A DNA stretch of 64,000 nt, taken from positions 18,538,001-18,602,000 of the forward strand of contig NC_043014.1 in NCBI RefSeq assembly GCF_006345805.1, written 5' to 3'. The stretch comes from Octopus sinensis. Lineage: Eukaryota. This document shows, piece by piece, positions 1-12,975 of the stretch. Under the pieces are notes generated by a model that ran no database searches, had not been told where the DNA came from, and saw only the letters and a list, made by a program, of their open reading frames with translations. How positions within the stretch are numbered: the stretch's first letter is position 1; every line of letters begins with the position of its first letter. The position numbers were made by a program, and so were the translations under genes.

Positions 1-144
1 AATAGAGTAAAAAATAGAATGTCCATATTACAGTATTGTATAGAAAAATTAAAACAAACGGCTTTTCTGATAACTTTTCCTTTTTAATTATTAGATAAGT
101 ATTAAAGTGGAAACGTTATCAGAAAAGATACTACTCTTCATTTT

Positions 145-225
<81 letters not shown>

Positions 226-259
226 TGGTAAAGTCAAATATTTACGTAAGTGTTGGTAA

Positions 260-1290
260 ATCATGGAAAGAATATAGAGACTTTACAAGGGATGATTAAT
301 ATAGAGGAAAGCAAGCATGAAAAGGGTTTAGGTTTCAAAGTTCTTAACATTACCATGAGAACTAGTAATATATTGCGTACTAAATTCTAATAGAACACTC
401 CTGATACGACTCAAAGTTAAGCCTAGTGAAATATTAATCATCTAAATTCTAACTCCTAGATGCGATAACCATGTAGAGAAGAAATTCTATGAATATAGAG
501 AAAAATCACTTAGCGAACAACACAGGAAAGACAAAACTAATAATTCAAGACAAGTGAAATGCAAATATTGGATCAGATGTTTATGATACATGGAAAGGAG
601 CAGTTGGTGGCATGAAAAACATTAGCAAGGAAGTAAAATTATTAGCATTTTCAAAACAACACAAACTATTTATAGCAAATGCATTGCATCAACACAAACC
701 GTCAAGAACAATAACATTGCATTCATCCAGAGGGATATATTATAACAAAATCGATTTTACTCTCATCCCCAATCGATTATAAATGGAGTTAAAACTCGAG
801 TTTCCCTTGGTGCAGATATAGGCAGTAATCACGAACAATTAATGTTGACAATAAACATTAAGCTCAAATCAGTCAAGAAGAACGAAAATGCAAATATATA
901 ATATAATCTTGAAAAATTGAAAGACCATAACTGAGCGCAGCAGCAGAATCGAAAGTACAGATAGGAATAAAATTGCACACATTTTATTATTAGATGCAAA
1001 TATTCGAACATTAAAAAGAACCTTCAAACTAATAATAACAGGCAGCAAAATTCGTGGTAAAGGGAAGAAAGTTGTGGATAAATAAATGTTTTAATCAGGT
1101 GTGATGAACAAAGAGACCTGAAACAGAAATGATATGAAAATGAAACAGAATCGGCAGAATGTAAATTTGCCAGGAGGAGAGAAAAGAATGGAATTAGGGT
1201 AGAATAAGATAACATACATTAACGAAAGATGTGAAGATTTAATGGAATCAGATATTAAACAAACCTGCAAAACATAACAAATGCATGAAT
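260..1290 (+). mobile_element. RTE-clade LINE relic (AP endonuclease and downstream region), frameshifted
   Basis: Manual translation across stops and frameshifts gives NANIGSDVYDTWKGAVG, KLLAFSKQHKLFIANALHQHKPSRT, NKIDFTLIP, GADIGSNHEQLMLTINIKLK and YNLEKLKD. These match the RTE/BovB APE domain pattern. Confidence 0.75.
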
Positions 1291-1633
1291 GTTTTTCCCG
1301 GGGAATGAGCAGCTAAATATTCAATTGTCGATAATAAAAGGAGATAACATGCATTTTCTTTTCAACTTTTATTAGTTTTATTCATTTGGCAACGGACCTG
1401 GTGAGGTACGGTGTTTGATGATCTTAGTAAATTATGTTGGTCCACAGTACGTTTTGCTGACGATTATTCATCGTTGCCATATATACGAATAGTAAAAATG
1501 AATACTGAATCATTGGAACTGAAGCGGTCGGGCACATCACTGGTTATGTTACGTAGATATATGTACACACACGCGCGCGCTGGGAGTAGTGCTCCAGTTT
1601 CACCGCAGCTGTATGGCTGAAACGAGTAAAAGA

Positions 1634-1687
<54 letters not shown>

Positions 1688-1869
1688 ATGTGTGTGTGTG
1701 TGTGTGTGTATGTGTGTGTGTGTGTGTGTGTGTGTATGTATGATATTAAACTATTTCTGGATAATTTTCTTTTCTTCCCTCTATTGTGGTAAAAGTTTGG
1801 TATATACTCAAAAGTTTTCATAAAACATTTCATCCTTTTGTTATAATTCTTCTTAATAATCCTCTGAAT

Positions 1870-2330
1870 AACCCTAAACCTTAACTTTATACAATATCGC
1901 AGTATTTCTTTAAATATTTAACTATAGTACTACATGATAAGATATACCTTGTTTCATTATCAATAGTCTGCTAGTGGCCAGCCCCTTAATTTTCAGCTAA
2001 CATCTTGATTTAAGTTTTCCTTTACTAAAATATCATGATACTTTCTTTAGCAAATCTCATGATATTGCTTCAAATAAATCTTGATTTTTATGACTATACC
2101 CACTATGATTTCTCCCTCAGCCCTACCCCTAACGGACACTGCCTCTGGTTCTCTCGGCCTTAGATATACAAGTATTTCATAAAAGTAGTCTATAAATTAG
2201 AACTGACCCCATAAAACAGTGACAAGCTAAATCTGTAACAAGACTTTCTTCCTGATACCTTAGTAGCTTCTGAGTGGAAGTGAAGGCAGCATGTTCTTTG
2301 TCTATCTCCTTAACTTCTTGGAGAATTTAG
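1870..2330 (-). mobile_element. Possible highly decayed L1/Tx1-like reverse transcriptase fragment
   Basis: Minus strand gives only remnants resembling RT motifs (VTD...; GR.EGEII; FEAIS*DLLKK). Many stops. Confidence 0.3.
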
Positions 2331-3184
2331 GCAAAATTATACTAATGTGTCCATCTGTTTTAATATAATTAAATTCTGTCTTTGTGCAGCTGAGTATTGC
2401 TCTGCATTTAAATTAATGTAATGGTTGCATTGTTCAATTAAATGGAGTTGCGCGAAACGATCGTACAGCATTACCTCTGGATATCCTTGTTGCTTATTTT
2501 GATTCTAATCACCTTATTCTGAAATTATATGGATAATACCGTACTAAATTCTGGTGCCTCAACTTAAGTACCATATTCAGCTGCATCTAAAATTTTGCTG
2601 AACTCATATATATATATATAGCACACAATGCGCACATGAGTCGATTGAAAAGAAAGAAAATGTACACAAATCAGAGACAATGAGGGAAACGGGGTTCCAT
2701 TGGGACAATATCAACATTAGTATTTTACCAAGTCTCTCAATCTCGACTACAACATACAGTTTGAGTATGAGTAACAACCATATTCTTCGCTTCGATGTGA
2801 TAGTAATTTTAAAAAAGAAAATCTTATTAGAAAAGGGAGGATAATATCAAAAATTTGAAAAACGTGACAAAGGACAAACGACAACAGGTTTACGAAAATA
2901 TATGGAAAAATGTCAGAAAAATTATGTATGTCAAATATTTAATTCTCTCGACTAAATAGAGAACGATTATAAAGAAAATAAGCAGCTCTTACAGCTGATA
3001 CAATGTGAACAAGAGGTGAAATAATGAAGATTATTGAATGTTTTCGACTGAAGAAAACCAGAAGAGACATTTCAAATATTATTGCTTAGCGATAACGCCG
3101 AAAGGAATATGTATTAGATAATTGTTGGTGTGCTATGGCCTTGATCAAAAGGAAACAGAGATAAGGGCATGTATATATATACGT

Positions 3185-3315
3185 GCATATATAGGGAGAA
3201 TTCACAAAAAACAACAACAAAAGACGAAGTGAAAAAGTCTTTAACGTTTCGGGCCTACGCTCTTCCACAGAAAGGAACACAGAACGAAACTAAGAGAGAA
3301 AATAAAGAGAGAAAT
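3185..3315 (-). repeat. Short PLE-type repeat carrying a hammerhead-like motif (partial copy of the 9236-9625 family)
   Basis: Reverse complement reads cctttctgtggaagagcgtaggcccgaaacgttaaag, near-identical to 9284-9320. Both copies share the downstream gtgaattctccctatata. Confidence 0.65.
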
Positions 3316-5099
3316 ATGTATGTGCATTTATATGTCATTAAATATAAGTACACACACGCAAACATTCACATACATGCACAGACATGGGAAGAAGGATTTG
3401 CCGGGTTATTGTTTACCAAGTTCCACTGACAATGTATTGGTTATCCTGAGACTTTTCTGTTTTCATTTTTCTATGTGATTACGACATCAACTTCTTAGCT
3501 ACACGTTCATGCTTGAGCCCTACCAACGAAAACAAATGCGTTAATTGAAAAATGGAGAAAACACGATGAGGATGATTACAGCAACAAATTATGTATAGAT
3601 ATTAACACGTTAACATATTTCGGATATAAATTCCCCATTGATGTACATCAATAGCTAGAAGCCAGTTCAGGAAAATGGAAATAATATAATATTCGACGTC
3701 GAATAAATAAATAATGTAGAAAGTGGATTATCGTATTATAAACGATATTGGATAAAGAACAAAAGCATATAGGTGGATTGGTCACTGGGTTTCCTTGAAT
3801 AATGTAGTAGTACCTAGGAACGATATAATTTCTCACTAACTGGAGAGAATGGAGATTAGATTCTTAGCTAATTTAAGCTTGAATCATAGTAATAGGAATT
3901 GTGATAACAAGTACAATTGTTTTAATCAGCCATTCACAAAATGGATTGTGATAAGATTTATCTTTTCGAACGAAAGCATCAATATAAATGATAGACAGAC
4001 TTGGACCCAATAAGGAACGGACGTTCTTGAGAAGATTATAATGGAAATGTTTTAAGAGAAAATATTTGGAAAACCAGTTAGACATTTACTACTTCTCAGG
4101 CTTTTAACCTCGTTTAGTATAGTGCAAGATAGTTCATAAAATAAGTATAATGGTAGTCCATTATGTGAAAATTCCAAACTCTAGTTATGGTTGGAAATTC
4201 ACCAAGTAACTGATTTAAAAGCAGACTCCGTACTAGAGAATGGTGGATCCTTTTAAGAAACGGTTGGAAGCATTTCTTCAATAAAGAGGGTATTTTTAAA
4301 ATCTACTAAAAGGAAATGTTAATGTCGAATGAAGTGAATTTCGTAACCCCCATTTTGTAGAAGGCATTGATTTTATAGAATATCATGTAAAGTAACATCA
4401 TAATCTAAGAAAACATCTTCGTGGAACTACCAGAGCTGAGGGAATATAAATAAATATTGGTAAAAACCAAACTATAACGAGTGAATATAAAAATAAAACC
4501 GCCAGTCCAGTAGAAATAGCAGGAAAAATATTGTCACAAGTTGATGTGTTCAGGAAGGAGATATTAGATCGAAGAAAAAGAAGGGAAAGTATTGGATTAC
4601 TGGGACTGTTTCGGGTTAATGGATTTAAACCTTGTTTAAAATAAATAGAAAAAAGACATTTTATATTTTCTCAAAAAGCAATAAGACTGCCAAGTGAATG
4701 CCATACATACATACATACATACATACATACACACACACACATACATACATGTACGCGTGGAGATGTACATACCGATACGCACACACACACACACATATTA
4801 TTTAATATATTCAGAATTAAAAAAAGGAGTTACTAATAGTTTCTTGCGGTAGAAATACAATAATTTGGCAGATTTATATAACGTGCCATGTATCTCCAAG
4901 AAATATTGCAGGTTATGGGCATACTATTAGACCTTTTTGAAAACCAAGACACTGGCCCATGAGAAACAGGAGAAAACAGAAGAAATCTACGAAGAAGGTT
5001 GATGCAAAATCTAGTACGAAAAGAAAGAAAAGTAAGGAAACTAATACATGAGACCCCTTTTGCTTGTAGAAATCATAACTGATACAACTAGTGTAGAAT

Positions 5100-5960
5100 A
5101 ATGAAACAGAGATGAAGCTAAAATATGACAGATAGCTATTCAATACAGAGAGGGTTGTATACTCCAGTTTGACAAAAGAAGTTTGTCCATCTGTTTGCAT
5201 TCGCTAAAGAATTTGGGTCTAGAAGTAATGTTGTGGAATTACTGGTTCTAAAAAGAATGTGCGATCTTTCAGCTACGGATCTCTTTAATCCATTTATATA
5301 TGGCATAGATTTCTCCGTGATTTTCAACTTGGTTGTATGTGGAGTACAGTTAGTCTTCAGATTCCATACATGGCTAGCAAAGTTAGTGGCTATATTGTTA
5401 TCAATGTGTCGGAAAGAAGACGGGTGGTTTGCATAACGGCTTTTAAAAATGCTTTCGCATAAATCGACGCAATTTGCTTTTCGATTATGTTCTCTTGGTG
5501 CACTGCAGTAGCTTCGTGTTTATAAACAACTGACTTTATCAAACACGCCTAATCAAGCGGACAATATTCAGGGGTTCAGGAGTTGCAACAAGATGTGGGT
5601 TCTTGGTGTGACTTGCAAGAGATAATGTCCTTCATACTGGAGCAGCAGTTGTATGAAATTTTTATCGAGAGTCTATGAAAATTCTTCCTGCATTGGTGGT
5701 TTGCTGGGAAACGTTTATTTAATAATGCCCAGAGTTTCTTTTCTATGTTTGTCTTAACATTTAAGGAGAAAAGGGTGAAACACATCATTATCCTAGGTCT
5801 AATTTTAGGATTCCTACTATTTTTAGGATTCCTACTCGAAGTGTTGCATGATATCTTATCTTTGAGGCTGCAGTTAGCCAAAGCATGGTTATAGTGGGGG
5901 TGCTGTTTCATCAAATATTTTCTTTATAGAGGAAACATTAGATATTCTAATACTGATGTT
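5100..5960 (-). mobile_element. Penelope-like element, Naiad-type, 3' fragment (RT thumb + GIY-YIG endonuclease), pseudogenised
   Basis: ORF 5576-5914 has PHYNHAL...RPRIMMCFTLFSLNVKTNIEK...FHRLSIKISYNCCSSMKDII (thumb). It is followed by PEYCPLD*ACLIKSVVYK, (Y)VDLCESIFKSRYANH, SHVWNLK and KSMPYING. Confidence 0.8.
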
Positions 5961-6169
5961 AGGTTTCAGGTTTTTAAGCAATGCAGGAAGTGACAAGAGT
6001 GTTTACGTAAATATACAAGCTCTCAATTCTTTTGCTGATTTCTTAGAGATAGAGAGAGAGAGGGAGGGAGGGAGAGGGAAGGAAAGAAAAGCAAGTTGAA
6101 AGACTTCATGTAAATTTTGGTAACAATTCAGCCAACAATTTCATAAGTCAACTTATTTCTAGTTTAAAC

Positions 6170-7140
6170 TCTGATCACAACACCATACCATTCTTAGACA
6201 TAAAAAAGTAGGAATAGGAATAGCTTTTATAGCACTTTAGAATACAAGAAAAAGTACTACAGTTATTGTAAATGTCTGTAGTAAAGTCTATTTCAAGACG
6301 AGTAATTAAATTTTCATGCACAGATGTCTGTCACCAATTCATCTAGAGAGCGTTTTAAATTTTCCATCCACAAAAAGAAATATTATTATCCGTTATTTTT
6401 ATATAATTTATTACGGTTACTCAAACATTCGTAGACTCTGCAGTAGAACAATACAAGAACAAATCTATACCTACGCATATAACAGTTACAATACACAATA
6501 AAAACTACACAGAAAACACATACAAACTATGCAAAATGAACCAAATGCAACATGATTTCAGTAGTAATGAATATATTTAAAATATTCATGGAGCAAGGTA
6601 CAGCAACCGAGGGATAGAAGACACAAGTATTAAAAGCATTCTCTATCAACGTGAAATACGAACAAGCAATATTCAAAAACATTTTATTCATATAGAATGT
6701 GGTATCAAATTTCAATGCAAACATGTAAGTTATGAACGTTGTAGAGAGAGCAGAACGACATTTCTCGTTGGATGAAATTGCATCTTTTAAAAAGAAGAAA
6801 TTATAGTACAGCATAATACAGAACAGGAAATAGAATTAGTTAAGAATAATCAGTGGATAAGAAATTTACTCTACATAGAATTCAATAAAAAGACAAGAAA
6901 ATTAACAGCTGAAGCTTTATACTTAGCAAAACAAAAACCCCTAAACAATATACAAGTGCATCATACATGAAATTAAGTGACAAAAACCTACGAAGTAACT
7001 TTTCAAAATCTTAAATGCAGCGATAACACGTGCAGTAGTTACAATATCTCCATGAAGATCCTCCGAGTTGCGGCAAAGCATCCAGCTTTCGTCACTTCAT
7101 CCCGAAAATGAAGTTGAGAAGGTCTCGAAATATTAAATGA
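6170..7140 (+). mobile_element. Decayed Penelope-like element (RT thumb to GIY-YIG C-terminus)
   Basis: TIPFLDIK near 6180 (LPFLD motif) and TRKLTAEALYLAKQKPLNNIQ near 6895-6955 (R..EAL.I...KP.LN.Q motif). Confidence 0.5.
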
Positions 7141-7149
7141 AAAAGAGGC

Positions 7150-7830
7150 TAATAAGGCAATATGAAAAAGTCTTTCATTAAAAATACTAAACATGATTAT
7201 GTCTTCAAAATCCTATAATCACATGAATGACGGAAAAAACCTCACTTGATGTGTGTATGTCTTATGTAACCAGCAATTAGTTGACTTTAATCACGCTAAT
7301 ACCAAACAATTTAATCCCAATTCCTCGCCTATAACCCTAGGACTTCCTTAAACCTGCATACCAACACCAACCCTCACCACCAGCCCTAATCCCAGTACCT
7401 TTAATCAATCAAGTGAGCCGGTTATACCCACCGAATTAGGGAATTATAGGGATGATATCACTAGACACCAAAGCCACAGTAAGCTACTACATCCCCCGAA
7501 CAAATCCCTTACCCACCCCCACCAAAAACAAAATACCAATCCTAAAGCCGAGATGGATACTGCATATAATGCCAGGTTAACCGCAGGTAATCACAACCCC
7601 GTAAACTCCACTTTAGCCCCTTCTAGAATCCTATGTAACTCTAGAGACTCCATCTCATGTCTCTTAGAAAATAGATGCCTGACAAAAAAATATCGTATAT
7701 AAATGTACGTTATCTACGGAAGATTTCAAGTATGCATTGATAGCAGTTGGTACAACACCACGTTCAAGCTCAGAGTTAGTAACCACCATTCTAGCTGTAA
7801 ATCTCAAGTGAGTGTGTAGTTTTACTGTTA
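7150..7830 (+). mobile_element. Decayed Naiad-type PLE fragment (thumb, C/A-rich linker, Zn-linker, GIY-YIG start)
   Basis: From 7634, CNSRDSISCLLENRCLTK(N)IVYKC, with one A-run frameshift; then GTT.TFKLRVSNHHSS. Confidence 0.55.
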
Positions 7831-8773
7831 AGTGTTAACTAGTAATCACCAATTTCACTGCGACTCTCATGTTCCCCAAATGACTCCAACTTTAAACTCT
7901 CATCTCCTTCTCTTCCTTCTCCTCCTCCCTTCTCTCCTAGCAAATCCATCTTACTCTCACTCCATAAACATACAACCTCTTCTTTTCTTTCTTCTTCTCA
8001 TTGCTGACCATTTCACATCTAATAGTTCTTGTCTTCTTTTTTTATTCTGTATAAACCTATAAACTTAGGTGCAACAATATATTTATTTACTGCTTACACA
8101 GTAAAGTGTCTCCAGCTTAGTTTTCACAACGATCTCCCCCTAACGTCAGCATCCATCTAACCTTAATCCCAGCCACATCAATCCTCCCTTTCCCTTTTTT
8201 TATTCTTAACTACTCATTCTCATATGTTTGATTTCTTCCTTCAACTCTCTTACCGACCAGTATAGTTATTCATGCTTTTGTTTTTTATTTATTTTTTCTA
8301 TTCCGTTCTTCCGGCTTCACCAATCATTTCAAATCATAATTCCGGCGAGTTAACTAGGGATTCCTTTACAACGCTGTAAGCTTCATATAATTAAGGTATT
8401 TTCGGCAAGATGGGTAGCTACCGAAGCACCCCGCATTGAGTAATTATTACTTCCGAGGTTCTGCTAGCTAGGAAACATGCGTAGCCTGGATTTTATCGTT
8501 GCCACTCCCATAATTTGGATTTTTATTCGCATTCATAGCAACCCTAGTTACTAACCGTAAACTACAATAAATAAATAAACAAATAAACAAATAAATAAAT
8601 AAATAAAATGCTTTCAGCTTATCGAAGTTCGGTATGGGAATGACCTACAACGCTCGATGTCAATAAATTATTATTGTTACTGAAAGTTGGTATTCAAATC
8701 TACCACGGAGCGCACGAAGCTTACTAACTTTCTACACCTTGAGTTTTATAATCACACATATATATACTGATAA

Positions 8774-8824
<51 letters not shown>

Positions 8825-8837
<13 letters not shown>

Positions 8838-9202
8838 GGCAGTTTGTCTGTCTGTGTGTCTGTGTGGCTGTCAGGTTGTACCCTCACCCTGACCATGGCT
8901 TTCAACCGATTCTGATGAAACTTGACACACACATAGCCCAATGTCATAATTCAAGACTAACGCAGCGAAAATTTTAAAAAGTTCCCCCAGTTCTGAAAAA
9001 AATCGATAAGTTCGACATGGGGTTGAGAATCAGAAACACAAACCACAGACTATCTAGGGGACGCAACTCGACCTTTTTAACTCTCAAAAAAAATTTACCA
9101 TAATTTTTTTTCCATTTTTTTCTATTTTTTGGCTATAAGTCCCTAAAAATGCTTTATAGTTATTTCCCTTACAAACCCGAGCAACGCCGGGCGATACTGC
9201 TA

Positions 9203-9203
<1 letters not shown>
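8825..9203 (+). mobile_element. Non-autonomous Helitron
   Basis: 3' hairpin cccgagcaacgccggg (9176-9191) followed by CTAG (9200-9203) and a T. The 5' end tatataaacggc lies in a (TA)n run, with a (CTGT)-type microsatellite near it. Confidence 0.75.
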
Positions 9204-9235
<32 letters not shown>

Positions 9236-9240
<5 letters not shown>

Positions 9241-9620
9241 AGCCACTACACACATTTTTTCTCTCCTTGTTTCTTTCAGTGTTCCTTTCTGTGGAAGAGC
9301 GTAGGCTCGAAACATTAAAGAGCGTTATACTAATACATCTGTTTGTTTTCTACATCACCTTTCTTCGTCTTTTGTGTTTTTTTTCGTGAATTCTCCCTAT
9401 ATATATACCGCGTGTGTACCGTTGGCGATTTTTTCCTCCGTCTTCCTTTCGTTGGATCTTTCATTTTTCTATGTTTCTGACGAAGAGCTCCACCCGAAAC
9501 GTTAAGTCCTCCTTCTTTACTTCTTTCCTGAGCATCCAATAATACTATACTTGTTCCACGTCTTCGCGTTGTTGTGTTTTCTCTGTGTGTTTCTCTTTGT
9601 GTTTTCATGTTTGGATTAAC

Positions 9621-9625
<5 letters not shown>
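9236..9625 (+). repeat. Short non-coding PLE-type element made of two diverged units, each with a minimal hammerhead-like motif
   Basis: Cores ctgtgga-agagc-gtag-gctc-gaaacatt (9289) and ctgacga-agagctccaccc-gaaacgtt (9477), 188 nt apart. Flanked by (TA)n. Confidence 0.6.
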
Positions 9626-9666
<41 letters not shown>

Positions 9667-10077
9667 ATATGTATTTGTGCATGCATAAGTAAGCCCATAA
9701 GCCTTCTGTTTATACTAATCTAGCAATCCCTCCTCTTTAACTTGTTCCTTCTCTTGTCATATTCTCTGTCTGTCAGCCTGTCTCTGTCTGTCTCTCTTTC
9801 TGAATTTCTTTTTTTGTGGCATCAAGAAGTTTAAATTTCACAATGATAATAATAACAACAATACCGACAAAATCAACTTCAAACAGTTTAGTTACAGAAA
9901 AATGTGATGTCATTTATGTTTTCTCATCACATGTACAAAGGTAGAGAATGGTAATTGTAGGGCGGTGAAATATGAAAGAAGACAGAGAAAGATGATGATG
10001 ATGATGATGATGATGAAAAATGGAGAAGGATGAGATGAAGAAAGAAAAGAAAAGGCGAAAAGGATTATTAGATGGTA

Positions 10078-10110
<33 letters not shown>

Positions 10111-10244
10111 ACTGAAGACGATGCCATGAAGAAGAAATAAACAAGAAGAAATTAAAAGGTAAAAAAATATTATGATGAAGGGTGTAGGTTACTACTACTA
10201 CGACTGTTGCTGCTGCTGCTGCTACTACTACAACTACTGATAAT

Positions 10245-10260
10245 AGTAATAATAATAATA

Positions 10261-10296
<36 letters not shown>

Positions 10297-10930
10297 TCCT
10301 TCTTGATTGGCCACCAGGGCCGAACACAAAACATAGAGGGTGATACACAGACGAGGGATAGTGAAGTTAGACGTTTAAACAGCAAAACACAACAATTAAC
10401 AATTAAAAATATATAATTTTCCTATAGTAGGGAGATCCACCGAGAGGTGACCAAAGCAACCTCACGCACTTTGGGCACCTAGCACCAAGGCACCCATCTT
10501 TTCTTCACTCCATCGGCCTGCAGGCGCACATTTAGAGTATGCCCATTCACCCACCTTTCAACAAACCTAATGGGAAACAGCACCTCCAACTCCATCTCAC
10601 GCTCCTTCTCAGGTGGAACCTGAAAAAGTCAATGAGACCTTGGCCAAAAGGAAGGTACCCGTCTCCAAACCTTTCAATGCCGAAAGCAGTTAAAATTTAA
10701 AAAATCATTGAAGGGCACCCCCTGCAAAATAGGGGGTGTTTCTGCACAGAAGTACTATCTATAAAGTCCAGACAATCTCAGGAATGTAATGGTAACAATA
10801 GAAATGAAAAGATGGGGCCTTAGAAAGCCAAAACGATTACAAACAATTTTTCAACTTACGGAGCAACAAATTTCTGTGACTTCATAATATGGCGGCTATA
10901 ATAATAATAATAATATTAATTATACTACTG

Positions 10931-10974
<44 letters not shown>

Positions 10975-10975
10975 G

Positions 10976-11012
<37 letters not shown>

Positions 11013-11027
11013 TGCTGCTGTTGCTGC

Positions 11028-11065
<38 letters not shown>

Positions 11066-11703
11066 TAATAATTCCTTCTTGATTGGCCACCAGGGCCGAA
11101 CACAAAACATAGAGGTGATACACAGACGAGGGATAGTGAAGTTAGACGTTTAAACAGCAAAACACAACAATTAACAATTAAAAATATATAATTTTCCTAT
11201 AGTAGGGAGATCCACCGAGAGGTGACCAAAGCAACCTCACGCACTTTGGGCACTAGCACCAAGGCACCCATCTTTTCTTCACTCCATCGGCCTGCAGGCG
11301 CACATTTAGAGTATGCCCATTCACCCACCTTTCAACAAACCTAATGGGAAACAGCACCTCCAACTCCATCTCACGCTCCTTCTCAGGTGGAACCTGAAAA
11401 AGTCAATGAGACCTTGGCAAAAGGAAGGTACCCGTCTCCAAACCTTTCAATGCCGAAAGCAGTTAAAATTTAAAAAATCATTGAAGGGCACCCCCTGCAA
11501 AATAGGGGGTGTTTCTGCACAGAAGTACTATCTATAAAGTCCAGACAATCTCAGGAATGTACTGGTAACAATAGAAATGAAAAGATGGGGCCTTAGAAAG
11601 CCAAAACGATTACAAACAATTTTTCAACTTACGGAGCAACAAATTTCTGTGACTTCATAATATGGCGGCTATAATAATAATAATAATATTAATTATACTA
11701 CTG

Positions 11704-11744
<41 letters not shown>

Positions 11745-11748
11745 GCTA

Positions 11749-11779
<31 letters not shown>

Positions 11780-11794
11780 TGCTGCTGTTGCTGC

Positions 11795-11840
<46 letters not shown>

Positions 11841-11845
11841 TGTAA
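10245..11845. repeat. Tandem duplication, period about 775 bp, bounded by compound (CTA/CTG/ATA)n microsatellites
   Basis: 10295-10897 matches 11071-11670, differing by 3 single-base homopolymer indels and 1 substitution by eye. The microsatellite blocks at 10898-11070 and 11671-11840 are near-identical. Confidence 0.92.
10295..10720 (-). mobile_element. 3' end of an L1/Tx1-like LINE with (ATT)n tail; second copy at about 11071-11495
   Basis: Minus translation GQGLIDFFRFHLRR...EVLFPIRFVERWVN resembles SQPLIDFHKVH*ERE...EVLYLSEFVKR in the 50.1-50.8 kb LINE end. Runs into an (ATT)n tail. Confidence 0.5.
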
Positions 11846-11847
11846 TA

Positions 11848-12975
11848 AATGCCCCGATGCTATAACAGGCAGTGGCTCTCGCGGTTTCTGATCTTAACTT
11901 ATTGGAAGTGTTATCATTTACATTGTTTTGCCTTGGTATAAAAGATGGGCTACAGTAAATATGCTGTTCAATACCACAGATTTGCTTGTCAGTTTGACCT
12001 GAACCATTTGAGCATATCTCTTAGTGAATGACAATATGTGCATCTCTGATCCCGAGTAGAAGTAGTGGGGAGAGCATCATAGTCACGTGTTGAGAGGAAT
12101 TCTTTGGGGTTTGACTAATTCACCTCTCGCAACATGGGTGTTTTGTTCAACATCCTTAAACAAGCTTTATTCAGAAACCTTTTGAGTGAGATGGGCTACT
12201 CGGCCTGAAGAAAATTCTAACTGGCCTCACCTGCAATGTCATGAGCTGTTTATCTTGATACGAGATCACCATGTCGCGCACATGTTTGCGGTGCTTGTAC
12301 CTGGTATACCCTTATCAGATGTATAGTCATGATAGGTACAGGGTGGAACAGATAGGACGGACGATTTTGAAATGGCTATTACTCAGCCTCAGATGGAGGG
12401 ATATGTATCCGACAGGTATTATTTGAACCGTGGTGTCTCAGAATTTTTTTAATTTTCAGGTGAAGCCATTGCACTGTGGACGATAGAGCATCGCGTGTTT
12501 GCCTACGACAGTTACGCGTCAGACTATCTTTCATGCGGAGTCCGATTCGCTCTTTTCGGAAGCATTCTAGTGAACTTTGCATCGGCAATCAATCGGTAAG
12601 GCGTATTTTGCATGATGACCTGCATTTCCACCTCACCCGTACAAATTGGTTATCGGGCTACAGTTGAAACCATGGGGTTATGTACAGAACAATGCCGGAG
12701 AGAATGGAGGCTAACGTCCAAGAAAGCCTTCAGAAATTCATCAGCGTAAACGGACACCACATGATGAATGTTGTTTGCCACACTTGATTTTAACAAATGT
12801 TAATTCAATACGAACACATCGTTGTCAATAAATTAGTTTACAGCTGAAATTAATGATTTTGTTTTGTTTTGAAACACGTCCGTCCTCTCTGCCACACCCT
12901 GTATAGTGGGTTTCGTATAATTGTACCTCAGTGTCACTTTGACGGCATGCGCTGCTGTCTCACTCAATAATAACA
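11848..12975 (+). repeat. About 600-bp non-coding interspersed repeat (TAA-flanked family), interrupted by a mariner-like insertion
   Basis: Starts aatgccccgatgc...ggcagtggctctc and ends ctcactcaataataa. Matches copies at 21743, 50921 and 58578. Confidence 0.85.
12339..12901 (+). mobile_element. Tc1/mariner-superfamily (maT/DD37D-like) internally deleted element, 563 bp
   Basis: TA|cagggtggaacagataggacggacg...cgtccgtcctctctgccacaccctg|TA: imperfect TIRs of about 34 bp with a TA duplication. Retains WTIEHRVFAYDSY, SPIRSFRKHSSEL and VRRILHDDLHFH(P)YKL plus the C-terminus; the catalytic core is absent. Confidence 0.85.

Noticed and set aside
3430-4400. Possible Penelope RT relic (QKHIGGLVTGFP-like motif near 3770)
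   Set aside because: Only one weak motif; too decayed to support without an HMM search.
4905-4965. Possible hammerhead remnant downstream of the 5.1-5.9 kb Naiad fragment
   Set aside because: Stem I-like tgggc/gccca is present, but no recognisable core or stem II.
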